Source: Wallemia ichthyophaga EXF-994
Lineage: Eukaryota; Fungi; Basidiomycota
Assembly (NCBI RefSeq): GCF_000400465.1
Contig: NW_008806282.1
Location: 20,001 to 268,000 of the forward strand
Reading direction: 5' to 3'
Length of the DNA stretch: 248,000 bases
Shown piece by piece: positions 192,660 to 206,599 of the stretch. The position numbers were made by a program, and so were the translations under genes. How positions within the stretch are numbered: position 1 is the stretch's first letter; every line of letters begins with the position of its first letter. The notes beneath the pieces are model-generated. The model was not told where the DNA came from. It saw nothing but the letters and a program-made list of their open reading frames with translations, and ran no database searches.

Positions 192660-193955
192660 TCATGGATTGTGACTCTGCGCACGCGCTCTGACGCTCTCTT
192701 TGCTCTGATGCTTGATTTGTTCAGGTGACTTCTCGTCTGCGAAGAAGACCACACCGCACTGCACCTTGTCAGCTGATATTGTATCAATAGTATGTATGAC
192801 CTCACCAGTTCTGAAAGGTCGCAGTAGCGCCTGGAGAATGTGAGTGCTTGTGCATTCAAATTTCCGTTATCCTCATCATCAAGGTTTATTTGCTGTGCAT
192901 TAGCTTGTATGTGTTCAGGATTGGAAGAACGAGGCAATGTGACTATCCTTCTACCTATCACCCAGTTTGTAATAACGGTAGGAGCAGAAACGCTGTGCTT
193001 TTTTGCGATTAAACCTATTGTTGCGTCTTGGAGAAGCTGATTTTGCTGATCGTATAGCGCATTGGCGTTTCCAAATGGAGAATAACCCTCTACCACAATA
193101 CCTTGGGATTTTGCAAACTCTACAAGTCTATGCTGCGGCAAACGTGGGTGTATTTCGACCTTGGAAGGTATAAGTATTTGCACTGACGTCACCAAAGCAA
193201 CACACCTGCAGAATCGATGGTTTAACACGCGCGTATGAGAGCATATCGCTTAACTGATCTACTGTGAGGTTCGAGACTCCGATTGAGCGCACCTTCCCAG
193301 TCGACAGAAGATGTTCCATAGCCTGGGATGGTCTATGTAAAGTAAATCACGTCCCACTGACATCTTACGCACCTCCCATGTCTCGCGGTAAGGGACGCGG
193401 TCGTTGATAATAACGCCATGGTCATCTTGAGGGATGTTTGCCCGATTGTCAGCTGAGGGCTATAAATGTCAACATTGCATCACACGCTGAAGCTTCGAAA
193501 CCACCTTGAAAGCAGCTGGCCAGTGGATGATGTATGCATCAAGATATTCTAGGCCTAATTCGGACAAAGATACATCAAGTGCTTTCTCCACGTCTTCCTT
193601 TCTGTGAGAGTTGTTGTAGAGCTTCGATAATACGAAGATATCAGAGCGCGGTGTTTGCGTATCATCCATGAACCGCCTGATAGCAACTCCGCAGGCAGCC
193701 TCATTCAAGTAAATCGCTGAGGCTGCCTGTGAGTTTGGACTGAGGAGAGAACTGCAGACCTACAAGCACAATCGATGCCTCTGTATCCACTCTTGAGTGC
193801 CTCGTAAACAGCAAATTCTGTTCTGTCGCCCAGTTCCCATGTGCCAAGCTAGGGCCGAGTGAGAAGTGAGATCATTGAAAATTAAGCTATCCTACTTGTA
193901 GCAGTGGGATTTGTACGCCGTTGTTGAGCGTCTCTGTGTGATTTGCAAGAGTCAT
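192660..193955 (-). CDS. Aldo-keto reductase (copy B, multi-exon)
   Basis: GYRGIDC, SKLYN, DAYIIHWP, IGVSNL. Confidence 0.88.
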
Positions 193956-193968
193956 TGATATATTCTCG

Positions 193969-196900
193969 ATGATGACAGAAGGCAGGAAGCAGGAAGACAC
194001 GCCCGATGCAAGCGAGACCAAGAAGATATCGGGCGAGATAATAAGAACCGCAGAAAAGCACAAACCTACCGGTAACGACTCTATCTCCTCAACCACCAAC
194101 TACGAAATGACGGATCCTCACAGAGTCATTAACAGCGCCGCGAGCTACAGTGATGGAGACAAAGAAGCCATTATACAGCAGCTGCGATCTGAGCTTGGTG
194201 TGGCTTCTCTCCCATCTTCCGCACAAATCAAAGACGATATCCAATCGAGCTTCTTGCAGCCGCCAAAGAAGCTGTCGAGTATCAACTATCGAACAATACC
194301 GCGCCAGCCAAACCTCAGAAATCTTGTTCAATCGGACATCTCAGCACCATCCTCGAAGCTGTCGTTCCAAAGAGCTGGTCTCGATGGTAACATCGTTGGA
194401 CACACTGAAGTACAAATTCCAATTACTGCAAGAGAGAACGCTAGAACATCAACTAGTATCCACAGGGCTCCAACCGATGCTGCGTCCTTTGTCCGAGGAA
194501 AGAGCGGCAACGTGCCATTCGCGCCGGGCGGTTTGGACGTCGTGAAGGAAACTGTCGATATGGAGAGCAGAAACAAACACGGATTAGATGGCGAGAGTGC
194601 TGGTACATCTGTAGATTTGTCCAAGGGTGGGTCGGTAGCTTGTTGAAATGACGCACAACTCACACAACACAGGGGGTTTAAGAACGGCTCCACCAGGATT
194701 TGGGAGAGGTTTACGGTTTGAAGGAGACGAAAGCAATTCCCTTGACGCTATCAGCGGTGCATCAGAGTTACCTCAGGCAAGCACCTCCAAACACACTGCT
194801 GTATCAACCAACAAACCCAACAAAGTCAACATTCAGTCCGATAAATCATTCACTGATGCTTCCATCGATGAGCTGCTTCCTGACTCTAAGCCACACATTC
194901 CAACGACTGCCGCCAACTCGCGTCGTAAAGCTCAATTGGCCAAAAGAGAATGGGCTCACGTCGTCAATGCGAACAAGGGACTCACCAACTTTGACGAGCT
195001 AGTACCAGATATGGCTATAAAGTATCCGTTCAAGCTCGATAATTTCCAGCAAAACGCTGTTTATTATTTGGAGATGGGTGACTCAGTCTTTGTGGCAGCA
195101 CATACTTCGGCCGGTAAGACGGTAGTTGCAGAGTATGCAATAGCCCTAGCAGCTAAGCACATGACAAGAACAATCTATACTTCGCCAATCAAGGCATTGT
195201 CTAATCAGAAGTATCGAGACTTCAAGACAACATTCGATCCATCCACTGTTGGTATTTTGACAGGAGATGTGCAAATCAATCCAGAAGGAAGCTGTCTTAT
195301 CATGACCACTGAAATCTTGCGTAGTATGCTGTACAAGGGTGCGGATCTTATCAGAGATGTTGAGTTTGTTGTTTTCGACGAAGTTCACTACGTCAATGAT
195401 GCTGAGAGAGGTGTTGTGTGGGAAGAAGTAATCATCATGTTACCTGAGCACATCAACATTATCCTCCTCTCTGCAACAGTGCCAAATGCGAAGGAGTTCG
195501 CAGACTGGGTTGGTAGAACAAAGAGAAAGAACATCTACGTTATCAGCACACCAAAGCGTCCTGTACCATTAGAGCATCACCTATTTGCAAGCAAGGAGAT
195601 TCACAAGATAGTCGATTCGAGTGGAAGATTCTTGAGCAGCGGCCACAAAGACGCAACGGATGCACTGCGTAAGAAGCAAGACAAGGAAAGAGAAGCAGCA
195701 GGCTTACCGCCTGTCCAGAAGACGGGCGGCGGTGGTCGTGGTGGTCGTGGCGGCGGACGCACACCCTCAAATATGGGAGCTACAGGTGCTCATCGAGCTA
195801 TTAACACCTACAACAAATCTCAAGGAGCCAACAGAGGGGGTGGAAATTCTTCTTCAGGTGGTAATCAGAATCACCACTTGGTGCAGTATCTTAAAAAGAA
195901 GGAATTGCTACCTGTCGTCATTTTCACCTTCTCCAAGCGCAAGTGCGAGGAGAATGCCAGTGGATTAGGTGGTATGGACTTACTGACTGCTGCTGAGAAG
196001 AGTGAGGTGCACATAACTATCGAGAGGAGCATATCTAGATTGAGAGGTGGGAATCTTTGAGTGGTGGGGATCCCAGCTGACACAAAGCAGGTTCAGACAA
196101 ACAGCTCCCTCAAATTGCGAGAATGAAAGATCTTCTCGGAAGAGGTTTGGCTGTTCACCATGGTGGTCTTCTCCCGATCGTTAAAGAGGTGAGTGAAAAC
196201 ATGCGCTCACAATATATGCTAAAACAGCTCAAGATTGTAGAGCTTCTTTTTGGTAGAGGTCTTGTAAAAGTGCTCTTTGCTACAGAAACATTTGCCATGG
196301 GTGTCAATATGCCTGCCAGAAGTGTAGCTTTTTCTGGTATACGCAAGCACGATGGGAAATCATTTAGAGATCTTCTGCCTGGTGAGTTTACATTTGCAGC
196401 CTCAACTTGCTAACCGAGGCCTAGGCGAATACACCCAGATGTCAGGCAGGGCGGGTCGCAGAGGATTGGATGCAACAGGTGTTGTTATCATTATGACAAA
196501 TGACAGCATACCCGAGACAACAACACTGCAGCAGATGATACTGGGTGTACCCGGTAAACTCAATTCGCAATTCAGACTGACATTTAACCTCATCCTCAAT
196601 TTGCTCCGGGTCGAGACGCTCAAGGTCGAGGACATGATCAAGCGCTCTTTCAGTGAGAACGCCAGTCAGAGATTACTTCCTGATCAGCAGAAGCAAGTTG
196701 AAGAAACAGAGCAGCGACTTGCACTATTACACAAGTTGGATAGAGAGACGTCCCTTCCTGATCTAGATACTCTCTATAACGTGAGCGCATCACTCGTGGA
196801 TGTGAATGCCTACATAGTCGACTATGCTCTGGGACATCCTCAAGGAAACAAGATGATTGGTACGGGTAGAGTTGTGTTGGTGAGAGACAGCCACTTTAAA

Positions 196901-198249
196901 GGTAACTTGGCGGTGCTGCTCCGTCCACCGAAGTTCCTGCCGACTGGGGCATCCAAGACATCCAAGTACTATTGGGTTGTCGGTTTGTCGGACAAAGATA
197001 CTAGAGATGGCAAGAAGGGTGGGTCGATGTTTGAGATCTTGTTGGTTTGCTGACGATTGCCTAGACATGAAGGCAGACGACATCACACCTCGCTGGCCTG
197101 CAACATTACAGGAAGATGATGGTGAACTGGTTTATGACTTGGTCTCAATCCCCAGCGAGAGTATATCTATGATTACCAAATTCACAATGAAGGATGTGAG
197201 TGGGGTGTCCGAGGGTGTTTATTATTCTCACTTTACTTTTCAGCTCGATGTGTCTGCTATCGTAGATCACCATCGCAAGTCTGCTCTACAGGGTTGTGCA
197301 GACTATTTGAAGGAGCTTCTTCCTACGCTCAGCAACAATGCCACACTGACGGACAGATCGCTGGAGATCGACTGGTCAAAGTTGAGAGGATTGGAATTCC
197401 ACGAAGCGTTATCAGAGAGGGAGAGGTTAATGACGAAAGTGCGTGATCTCATACCGCTCACCGCTTTACCGGAGTTTGATTCTCAATATGCGCATCTACA
197501 TGTGGAAAGCGGATTGAAAAATCAGGTGGCTTATCTTAGAGCATCAATCAGTGATCAGAATTTGGAGCTGCTTCCTGATTACGAGAATAGAATCAATGCA
197601 TTGAAGGAAATGCAGTACATTGACCAAAAATCTACCGTTCAATTGAAAGGAAGGGTTGCTTGCGAGGTTAGTGGAGGTTTCTTGAATTGAATAGCAACTC
197701 ACCACTCAACACCTTACAGATCAACTCTGCCCATGAACTCATCCTCACCGAGCTAATTTTGGAGAATACGTTCGCCGCCTATGAGCCAGAAGAGATGGTG
197801 GCGCTGCTTTCGTGTTTCTTATTCCACGAGAAGACGGAAGTGGAGCCTGTGATTCCGCCAAAGTTGGAAGAGGTGGGTATTTTCAGGATTTGGCCCACAT
197901 TACTGACCCTGCGTAGGGTCGTGATACTATCTTTGCTATAGCAGATAAGGTGCAAAGAGTACTCGAACGCAACAAGGTAGAATCTGAAGATTTCGAAACA
198001 TCGCTTAAGTTCGGATTAGTGGAGGTTGTTTATGAATGGGCTAAGGGTATGCCGTTTGAGCAGATCACACAATTGACAGATGTGCCAGAAGGTACGATCG
198101 TCAGGGTAATCACAAGATTGGATCAGACTTGTTTGGAGGTTAGAGATGCAGCTAGAGTGATTGGAGATGCTGCACTTTTCCAAAAGATGGAGGCGTGTCA
198201 GACAATGATCAAGAGAGATATTATCTTTGCTGCTAGTCTGTATGTTTAG
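193969..198249 (+). CDS. SKI2: Ski2 RNA helicase
   Basis: [40 protein letters not shown]. Confidence 0.95.
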
Positions 198250-199034
198250 AATGTATATTGCGAGGAGGAGTTGGATCAGATTTTCAATGCATTGTTTTTA
198301 CGAAGAATTGTTAAGAGCTATGTGCATAACGTGTCTTGTGTAACAAAACAAAGACGTTTTGACATTTACCGAGCAAATCAGAGTGAATACTTGAATCCAT
198401 GCTCTCCCCTAATCTCTCTATAAGATCAAAACACCTCGAACCATTTACGGTTCCATTCACCACAACAATATAAATTGGGAACATGCCATACAAGCCATAT
198501 CAAGACGATCCAACGAGAAGAACAATATTCACACCATCGGAGGAACTTCTGTTGATGTTTGGAAATCTATTGCCAAATCTCGCGAGGACGTCGCATCACT
198601 TCGGATACAAGGACGACAAGCTATGTGGTTGCTGAAACTCACTTAGTATAGCTGTATTAAGGAAGTACATGGAATCGGGTTCCCAATTCACGTTGGTGCA
198701 GCTGTATCAAGCAAACCAAGACAGAATCCGCTTAACACTGAATAGTAAACACGAGGGCTCTTGTCAACGTTCTCGCAAAGACGTACGGATGGTTCGAGGA
198801 CGATAAGGTTATTCGGAGGAAGCTTGTTAAGGCTAAGCTGGATAAGTACGGTCGCTTTGAGTTGATTATTGCTTCTTGTAGCCTACACTTAGGCTTGCAT
198901 GCATTTTACTGCAAATCGCTGTGCTGGAAGTCTATGACAAGCGAACGAACGAACCAAACAAAGAACACATTGATTGCAATGCATAATAATAATATTACAT
199001 GATAGCACCATTCTATTGAAATATCCACATCTAA

Positions 199035-200148
199035 TCAATCAAAAACGACTGTCTTGTGTCCTGAGAGAAGCACTCTATGTTCAGAAACCCATTTAACAGC
199101 TCTTGCGAGTACAATAGACTCAACATTCGATCCTACGTGCGAGAGTGATTTTGGATTGAGTGTGTGGTCGACTCTCTCGACACCCTGTTCGATTATTGGA
199201 CCTTCGTCGAGGTCTGATGTGACAAAGTGTGCTGTTGCACCGATAAGCTTCACACCTCTATCGTAAGCCTGGTGGTATGGTCTGTGTTGGGTTGAAAGTG
199301 TAAGCAGTGCTCACCGGCGCACTAAACTCAATTACTCACTTTGCACCCTTGAATGAAGGAAGGAACGAGTGATGAATGTTTATAATACGTCCACTCATCT
199401 CCTTACATAGTTTTGGCGATAGGACTTGCATGTAACGGGCTAAAACAATGTAATCAATCTTGTGTTCTTTTACGAGTTTCAGGAGCTCCTCTTCCTGCTG
199501 CTCCTTCGTATCGCGATTGACTGGCAAGTGCAAGAAAGGGATCTCGTAGCTCTTGGCCAGTGATTGGTAGGTAGGATGATTACTGACGATCAGCGGTATC
199601 TCAATTGGGATTTGATCTGCTGAGGCTCTGAAGAGTAAATCGTTGAGACAGTGACCAATCTTTGAAACCATAACCATAACCTTTGGCTTGTTTGATGCTA
199701 CATGCATATGCCATTCAAGACCAATGTTTTCAGCGAGTTTACCGAATTCTCGTCTCAGAGGCGCTATATCCAAACCATTTTGAGCTTGGGCAGTGATTCT
199801 CATGAAAAAGCGATTAGAAGTTGGATCCAAGAACTGATCGGAGGAGAGAATGTTGTGGTGGTTGTTGTACAGAAACTCGGAAACATTCTTGACAACGCCG
199901 AGCTGATCTTGACAGCTCAGAGTGAGTACTATTGAGTTCTCTGGCTGTGAAACCTTGGGACTGAGTAATCCTTTTACTTTTCCCTGGTTAATTAGTGTAT
200001 CCGTTTCCGGGGTGAACCTTGGGACGGTCGTGGACAGATATCTGGATGGAGTAGACAGTGCTATTGGGGCGAGTGAGGGTGATCTTCTTATACATGATCT
200101 CGCCACGCTTCTCGTGAGCGTTGTTGCTGGTAATCTCATGGCGTTGAT
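199035..200148 (-). CDS. Formyltetrahydrofolate deformylase (PurU-like) with presequence
   Basis: ACT domain, [36 protein letters not shown]. Confidence 0.9.
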
Positions 200149-200744
200149 GAAAATGAAGAGAGAAGACATCATTTTGTTGTGTCGGTGTGGAAAATTTCGC
200201 GGAATTGAGGAGCGTGTGAGAGTTTGCGTGAGTATTAGAGAGGTATTAGGATGCTTCTGCTGCTACTACTTCCGCTGCTCCGATAGATGGAATATATGTC
200301 AAGTCCTCGGAAAGCATTGGATGGAAAAAGCACTAAATCAGCCGGTAGACGATCATTATCGGGGTGCATCTGAGTAATTCAATAAACAAATATCAAACTT
200401 CCGAGCTTCTGATGTAGCTCCAGGTACAACAATCCTAGCAATCCCAGCAATCCAAACAAGCTTACAAGGGTTAAAAAGCATAAAAAGCACAAAATTATGA
200501 GATGATATGAGGCTTGTAAGTGATGCCTGTTAAATCACCTCAAATATCCCCATGTTAGACGATCTTCTCCGGCGGTAAACAACAAAGCAAAAGGCAGCCA
200601 TACAAATACAATACAATCAGCGCAGCCATCGCCCAAACCGACAATACAAAACACAAAATACGCAGATCTGACTCCGCCAAATTGTGACTCGACCGACCCA
200701 ACCAATCAGTGCTCGCCTGTCTTCTTCAAACTTCGACAACGAAA

Positions 200745-202659
200745 ATGTGTGGAATATTTGGAGTATGCGGGTTAGAAAACCCAGGAGAATACAGAAGCAA
200801 GTGCATTGAATGCGTAAAAGCAATTAGACATCGTGGACCTGATTGGTCTGGTGTTCATCAGGGCAAAGACTTTATCGTCGCACACGAGAGGTGAGAGGTG
200901 GGAGCAGCGTTAGGTCCAATCCCCTCACACGCCCTAGACTTGCCATCGTTGGCGTCGACACAGGCGCTCAGCCTATCGTCAGCGAAGACGAGAAGATTAT
201001 TCTTGCAGTGAATGGAGAAATCTACAACCACAAGCAATTGAGACATGGTTTAAAGGATAAGAACGCTGTGTTCAAGACTCACTCAGATTGTGAAGTTATC
201101 ATTCATTTGGTGGGTTTTTGGTCCTTTGGTGGCTTCACCTGGATTCTTACATTCCCTAGTACCGCGAACACGGCCCACAGGCAGCTGGTCTTCTCGATGG
201201 AATGTTCAGCTGGACGTTGTTCGACACCAACTACCCACAAACCAGGGTTATCGCCGCTAGAGACCCAATTGGTATCACCACTCTCTACCAAGGCTGGAAC
201301 TCCTCAAAGCCAGGCGCTGTTTATTTCGCATCTGAATTAAAATCATTGCACACGGAATGTGACAAGATTATTTCATTCCCACCTGGTCACTTTTACGACT
201401 CACTTACAGGTAATACTGAGCGTTACTACAACCCACCATGGTGGAACGGTGACCAAGAAGACGCTTCAGCCCCAACAAAGCCAGTTGACTTGACTGTGTT
201501 GAGAGAAAGCTTGGAGGCTGCCGTCCGTAAGCGTCTGATGAGTGAAGTTCCATACGGTGTTCTTCTCTCAGGTGGTTTGGATTCCTCTCTTATTGCTGCC
201601 ATCGCTGCTAGAGAGACTGAAAAGGTGCAAAAAGCTCAATACGAAGCTCGTAAGTTACGCACTGAAGGTAGCGCTTCACCAGCCAAGTACCCAGAGCAGG
201701 ATGAAGATCGTACTTTAGCGGCATGGCCAACCCTTCACTCATTCTCTGTTGGTTTGCCAGGATCCCCTGATTTACTTGCTGCTCGCAAAGCTGCTGCTTT
201801 CTTGGGCACGACACACCACGAATTTACTTTCACTGTTCAAGATGGTATTGATGCGCTCAAAGATGTCATTTATCACCTTGAAACGTACGATGTAACAACA
201901 GTGAGAGCATCAACACCAATGTACCTGATGTCTAGGAAGATCAAGGCTATTGGTGGGTGAAGATTAGTGTGGTGCCAAACAAACTAACCAGGTCTCATAG
202001 GTGTCAAGATGGTTCTCTCTGGAGAGGGATCAGATGAAATTTTCGGTGGTTACCTTTACTTCCATGCTGCACCATCTAGAGAGGCGTTCCATCAAGAATT
202101 GGTCAAGCGTATCAAGAACCTTCACACTGCAGACTGCTTGCGTGCTAACAAATCTACCATGGCATGGGGTTTGGAGGCTAGAGTGCCGTTCCTCGATCAG
202201 AGTTTCCTCAACGAAGCCATGTCGGTCGACCCACAAGAAAAGATGTTCAGCAAAGACACAATGAAGAACCTCGACGCGGAAGGTAGATCGAGAATGGAGA
202301 AGTACATAATCCGTAAGGCATTCGATATTGAAGTTGGAGGTAAGCCATACCTCCCAGAATCAATTTTATGGCGTCAAAAGGAGCAATTTAGTGATGGTGT
202401 TGGATATTCATGGATCGACGGAATCAAAGATTTCACAGCTGAGCAAGTGTCTGACCAAGACTTTGCTAAGCGTTCGGAGCGTTTCCCACATGACACACCA
202501 GACACTAAAGAGGCATACTGGATCAGAGAGACATTTGAAAGCTTGTTCCCATCGAAGACGGCAGCGGAGACGGCAGTAAGATGGATTCCAAAGGGGGAGT
202601 GGGGATGTTCGGCAGACCCAAGTGGTCGTAGTGTTGCCATCCACGAAAAGGCATATTAA
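200745..202659 (+). CDS. ASN1: Glutamine-dependent asparagine synthetase
   Basis: [32 protein letters not shown]. Confidence 0.95.
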
Positions 202660-202789
202660 GTGGGTGTTAGACGATAAGGGTGAAAATTTTAAAAGAAAAG
202701 AAAAACAATGTTGTTTATGTTATTATTAGTACATGATTTCGTAGCTGAATTGTGTTTACTTTAATAAAGTGATTACGTGAATGTCGTTA

Positions 202790-203172
202790 CTTTGAGGGTG
202801 TTTTCACAAGGAGGCGGAAGATGCCGGCGGAGATCATGCCTGGGAGGGGAGTGAGTGTATAGGACTGGGGCAGTACAAGCACTCACCAATACCAAATACG
202901 GCTAAACCAGTACCTCTTAAGCCGCCTTTACCGGCAACGCCTCTCCCGAGACCTTGAACAGTTGCGTTTCCTTCGACACCTTTGCCAGTGCCAGACAATC
203001 TATCGAAAGCGCCGTGTTTCTTCGCTTCATAGAGAGAAAAAGCACCTGCGCCAGTGAAGACAGCTGCACCGGTTACTCGGCACTGGAGGCAGTCGCGGTC
203101 GTAGCCTTGGTTGTGTGGAAGTGCAGAAGGTGCTTGTGCTCGTGGGTTTCCGAAAGGACCAGCGCCATCCAT
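202790..203172 (-). CDS. Small DUF4536/DMAC1-like mitochondrial membrane protein
   Basis: DCLQCRVTGAAVFTGAG. Confidence 0.6.
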
Positions 203173-203385
203173 TTTCAAATTTAAATTAGATGATGGTTTG
203201 GGATAAAGAATATAAATACTCTGATTGATCGTGTGATTTCATTTCTTTTGATCAACTGAGTCTGTGGCAAGTGTGACAGGGCGAACCGAGCTATGAATGC
203301 AGATAACGAATAAATGTATTTATCTTTTATTTTCATTGGTACTGTATATGCAATCTGAGCTCTGTACTCTGTACTCTGTGCTCTC

Positions 203386-204895
203386 ATGCCTCTCCAGCAA
203401 ACACCGCGGCTTCTAAGCATATGGACGAGTAGACTGCCAAACACAGCCAAATCAAACACCAACGGCTCTCTCAGCGGCCTCTCTATGGCTGTGAAGGATG
203501 TCTTCTGGACTACTGAGCTCCCAACAACCGCTGCGTCTAAGATGCTCCGTGATTTCCACCCAGAAGAAGACGCTGAGTGCGTCAGTTTGGCTAGAGCTGC
203601 TGGCGCTTGCTTGATCGGCAAGACCAATTGCGATGAGTTCGGCATGGGTTCCTCTAACAGATTCTCTCACTTTGGTCCTGTTCTACACCCCCTCTCTTCC
203701 GATAGACTCGCTGGTGGCTCCTCTGGCGGTTCTGCCGCTGCTGTTGCTCTCAACCAATCCTCTTTCGCCCTCTCAACGGACACTGGTGGCTCCACACGCT
203801 TGCCCGCCTCTTATTGCGGAGTTGTCGGCCTCAAACCCTCGTACGGTCTTATTTCGCGTTATGGCTTGATCCCCTATGCGGAATCACTCGATTGCGTTGG
203901 AATAATGGCTAAAAGCGTGCATACTGTAAACAGGGTGTTTGGTCCGTCGCTAATTCGTCTCCCGCTCCATCTGATACACTATAGATGTCCTATCGCAGTA
204001 TGACGAAAAGGATCCCACTTCTGAATCGACTGAGCTGCGCAAAAGCGCTCGCGAGGCTGCTCAAAGTGTCAGGCAGAGCACCGATACCTGGAGGATCGGC
204101 CTGCCCGAGGTGTGTGGATTGACATACACGGAAATGAGTATAATCTCACCACTGAAAGTAGGAATTGTTCACCAGCAAGCCATCAGATGCCCTGTCTGAG
204201 GTGCTCGATACCCTAATAAGGAAGGGTGCGACTGATGGCAAGCGTGTCGAGCTGTACCAGGTCTCTCTCCCGACAACCACGCTCGCTCTGAACGCCTACT
204301 ATGTTATTGCAAGTGCCGAGGCATCCAGCTCGCTTGCGAGGTATGACGGTATGCGATATGGTGAGCGCTCCTCTCCACATCTCTGCTCCATACAACGCAA
204401 CTCACATTCAATCTAGGGTACAGGAGCGAAAGTGGTTCGATACACGACACTCGCGAGGAGGGCTTTGGCGAAGAAGTCAAGCGACGCATCACATTAGGCA
204501 ATTTGGTCCTCTCTGCTGACTCCTTGGACAACTACTACCTCAATGCACAGCGCGCACGGACGGAGATTGTAAACGACTTTAATGGTCTGTTTAGGATGCC
204601 CAATGCACGCACTGCAACAGATGCTGTCCCAGACGGGATAGATGTCCTCATACATCCTACCGCTGTCTCGGGACCACCTCTCGTCGACTCACACGACGCT
204701 GCAGATTACGCCCAAGACCTCCTCACCACTCCGGCAAGCTTGGCTGGCTTGCCCGCCCTCAATGTCCCGATCGGTGTTGACAGCCAAGGCTTCCCGCAGG
204801 GTGTGTCGGTTGTCGGTCAGTGGGGCTGTGAGCAGTGTGTGTTTGGGGTAGCTAAGGAACTGGAGACTGCGAATGCTAGTGTTGGTGGTGTATAG
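203386..204895 (+). CDS. HER2: Mitochondrial Glu-tRNA(Gln) amidotransferase subunit A
   Basis: [33 protein letters not shown] amidase signature. Confidence 0.88.
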
Positions 204896-204988
204896 AATGT
204901 CGTTGTATTGTTACACATAGAGATAAGTTATTAGCGTGATTCGAGCGAGTATCGAGTAGAGTGTCTCGGGTGGTATGAGCAAGTGTAA

Positions 204989-205502
204989 CTACTTCCTGCT
205001 ACGCATGAGACTGCCAACCAAGATGGCACCCAGCGCTACCGCCCCGCCGCTGATAGCTAGCCCAATGTATCCCTCTGCAGACAGTCAGCCACACCACACC
205101 TCACGCTCGTCCAAACCCACCTTTAGCCCACGCCTTATCGATAATCTGCCCCAGCGAGCGCGCTTGCAAATTATTAGGCTCCTTCTCAAGCAGGACGTCG
205201 TTCAACCTCTTCGCATCCGCGTAGTTGCTCACTTTGTAATTTCCTAGAGCGAGGTAATAGAGGCACTCACGTCTCCTCTCCGCCTCCTGCTTGTAGATTT
205301 CGCTGAGCAGCGCAACCCCCTCCGTCACCTCCTCCCGCTCCTTCGACTTGACAAGTCCCCACGCTAGGTTGAATTTCGTTTGCACTGACGTATGCCCGGC
205401 TTGCTCCTCTTTGTCGTACTGTATTCGAAGCACCTGTAGCTCACTCCTGCTCAGCGGCGTATTCACATCCACGGCGAATGGCAATTCAGCTGATGATGAC
205501 AT
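204989..205502 (-). CDS. FIS1: Mitochondrial fission protein Fis1
   Basis: [26 protein letters not shown]-terminal TM. Confidence 0.95.
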
Positions 205503-206599
205503 TGTGGTGTGTGTTCAAGAGTGCTTTGCGTTTGTATTGCTGTACACGATCATGCAGTATATCAAAAATCATACTGTATCAATCCATCAATGCATACAAA
205601 GCTCATTTACTTCTTATTTAGATAGTCATAATAAATGCTCAGCGATGAGTACGTCATAGCACCCTAATGACTGCAACTTGAGCAATATTGCTATCGTTCT
205701 GTAGCGACTACGTTTTCGAAGAGTTGAAAGGTTTTCATATCTTGACTAGACTTGTTTAGCACTCTGTAAAGGTTAAACTAGTTTCCGCATATCTCAGGGA
205801 GAGCAATTTGTAATACAAAAGTATACATGGCTGATATCCTGACATCTGAGATTTCAACGAATCTTTGATCACCCTTTCATCCCCATTACTTTTTTTCGAA
205901 ATTCACTGATCAGAAGCTAAAACCCCCGGATTTTGGAGTTTTGATGACCCCCACTTTTATGTACCTTTATCTCTGCTTGAAAGTGTGAATTAAGGCAGCA
206001 TAGCAATCTCTTTCACTGGTCCCAGGTTTGATAACTGTGGACATCACGCAACCTACCATTTTTTCGCGATTATTGAGCCGAACAATTGAGATTTGTAGGT
206101 ACTTGCGCCTCTGCAAGTCAAAATAATTTGTTTTCATCAATGAAGCGCGTGAACTCCTCCGCATCTATCCTATGGTGTGCTCTAGAGCGATTTTGGACCA
206201 TTGCTTCCGATCGGCGTGCAGGGCGCAACTTGGCGCCGGAGATCTTATTCTGGCATAATCATATTCGATTTATCCAGAGCTACCTACAAAGCTTTTTCGT
206301 TTGGAGATCATCATAACTTAAAAACACCACCTGAAAGAAGATAGGTGGTGAAGGAGAAATTCCGAGTTGGCGGGTATTGAGCGGATGGCTGATAAGGGAA
206401 TAATTTTGGAATGCTAAAAGTGCTACTTAAACGTATACTGTAAATTTCCAAATAACATACACCAGCACACTTCCAAACCACTCTACTAATTCAACTAGTC
206501 CTGAGGTCATCCATCATTGACGTAGGGATGATGAAACTCAGCAGCTAAAAATCATAATGCAATACCACGTCTATTCTTTGTTACAATGCAAAATATAAA

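Noticed and set aside
193955-193969. Apparent 13-bp gap between AKR copy B and SKI2 starts
   Set aside because: SKI2 has later in-frame Mets (e.g. MTDPH), so the true start is uncertain; excluded from the short-spacer list
199035-200148. PurU, dienelactone hydrolase and DUF2235 as possible bacterial HGT
   Set aside because: These families are widespread in fungi; PurU and DUF2235 have spliceosomal introns and host-like composition
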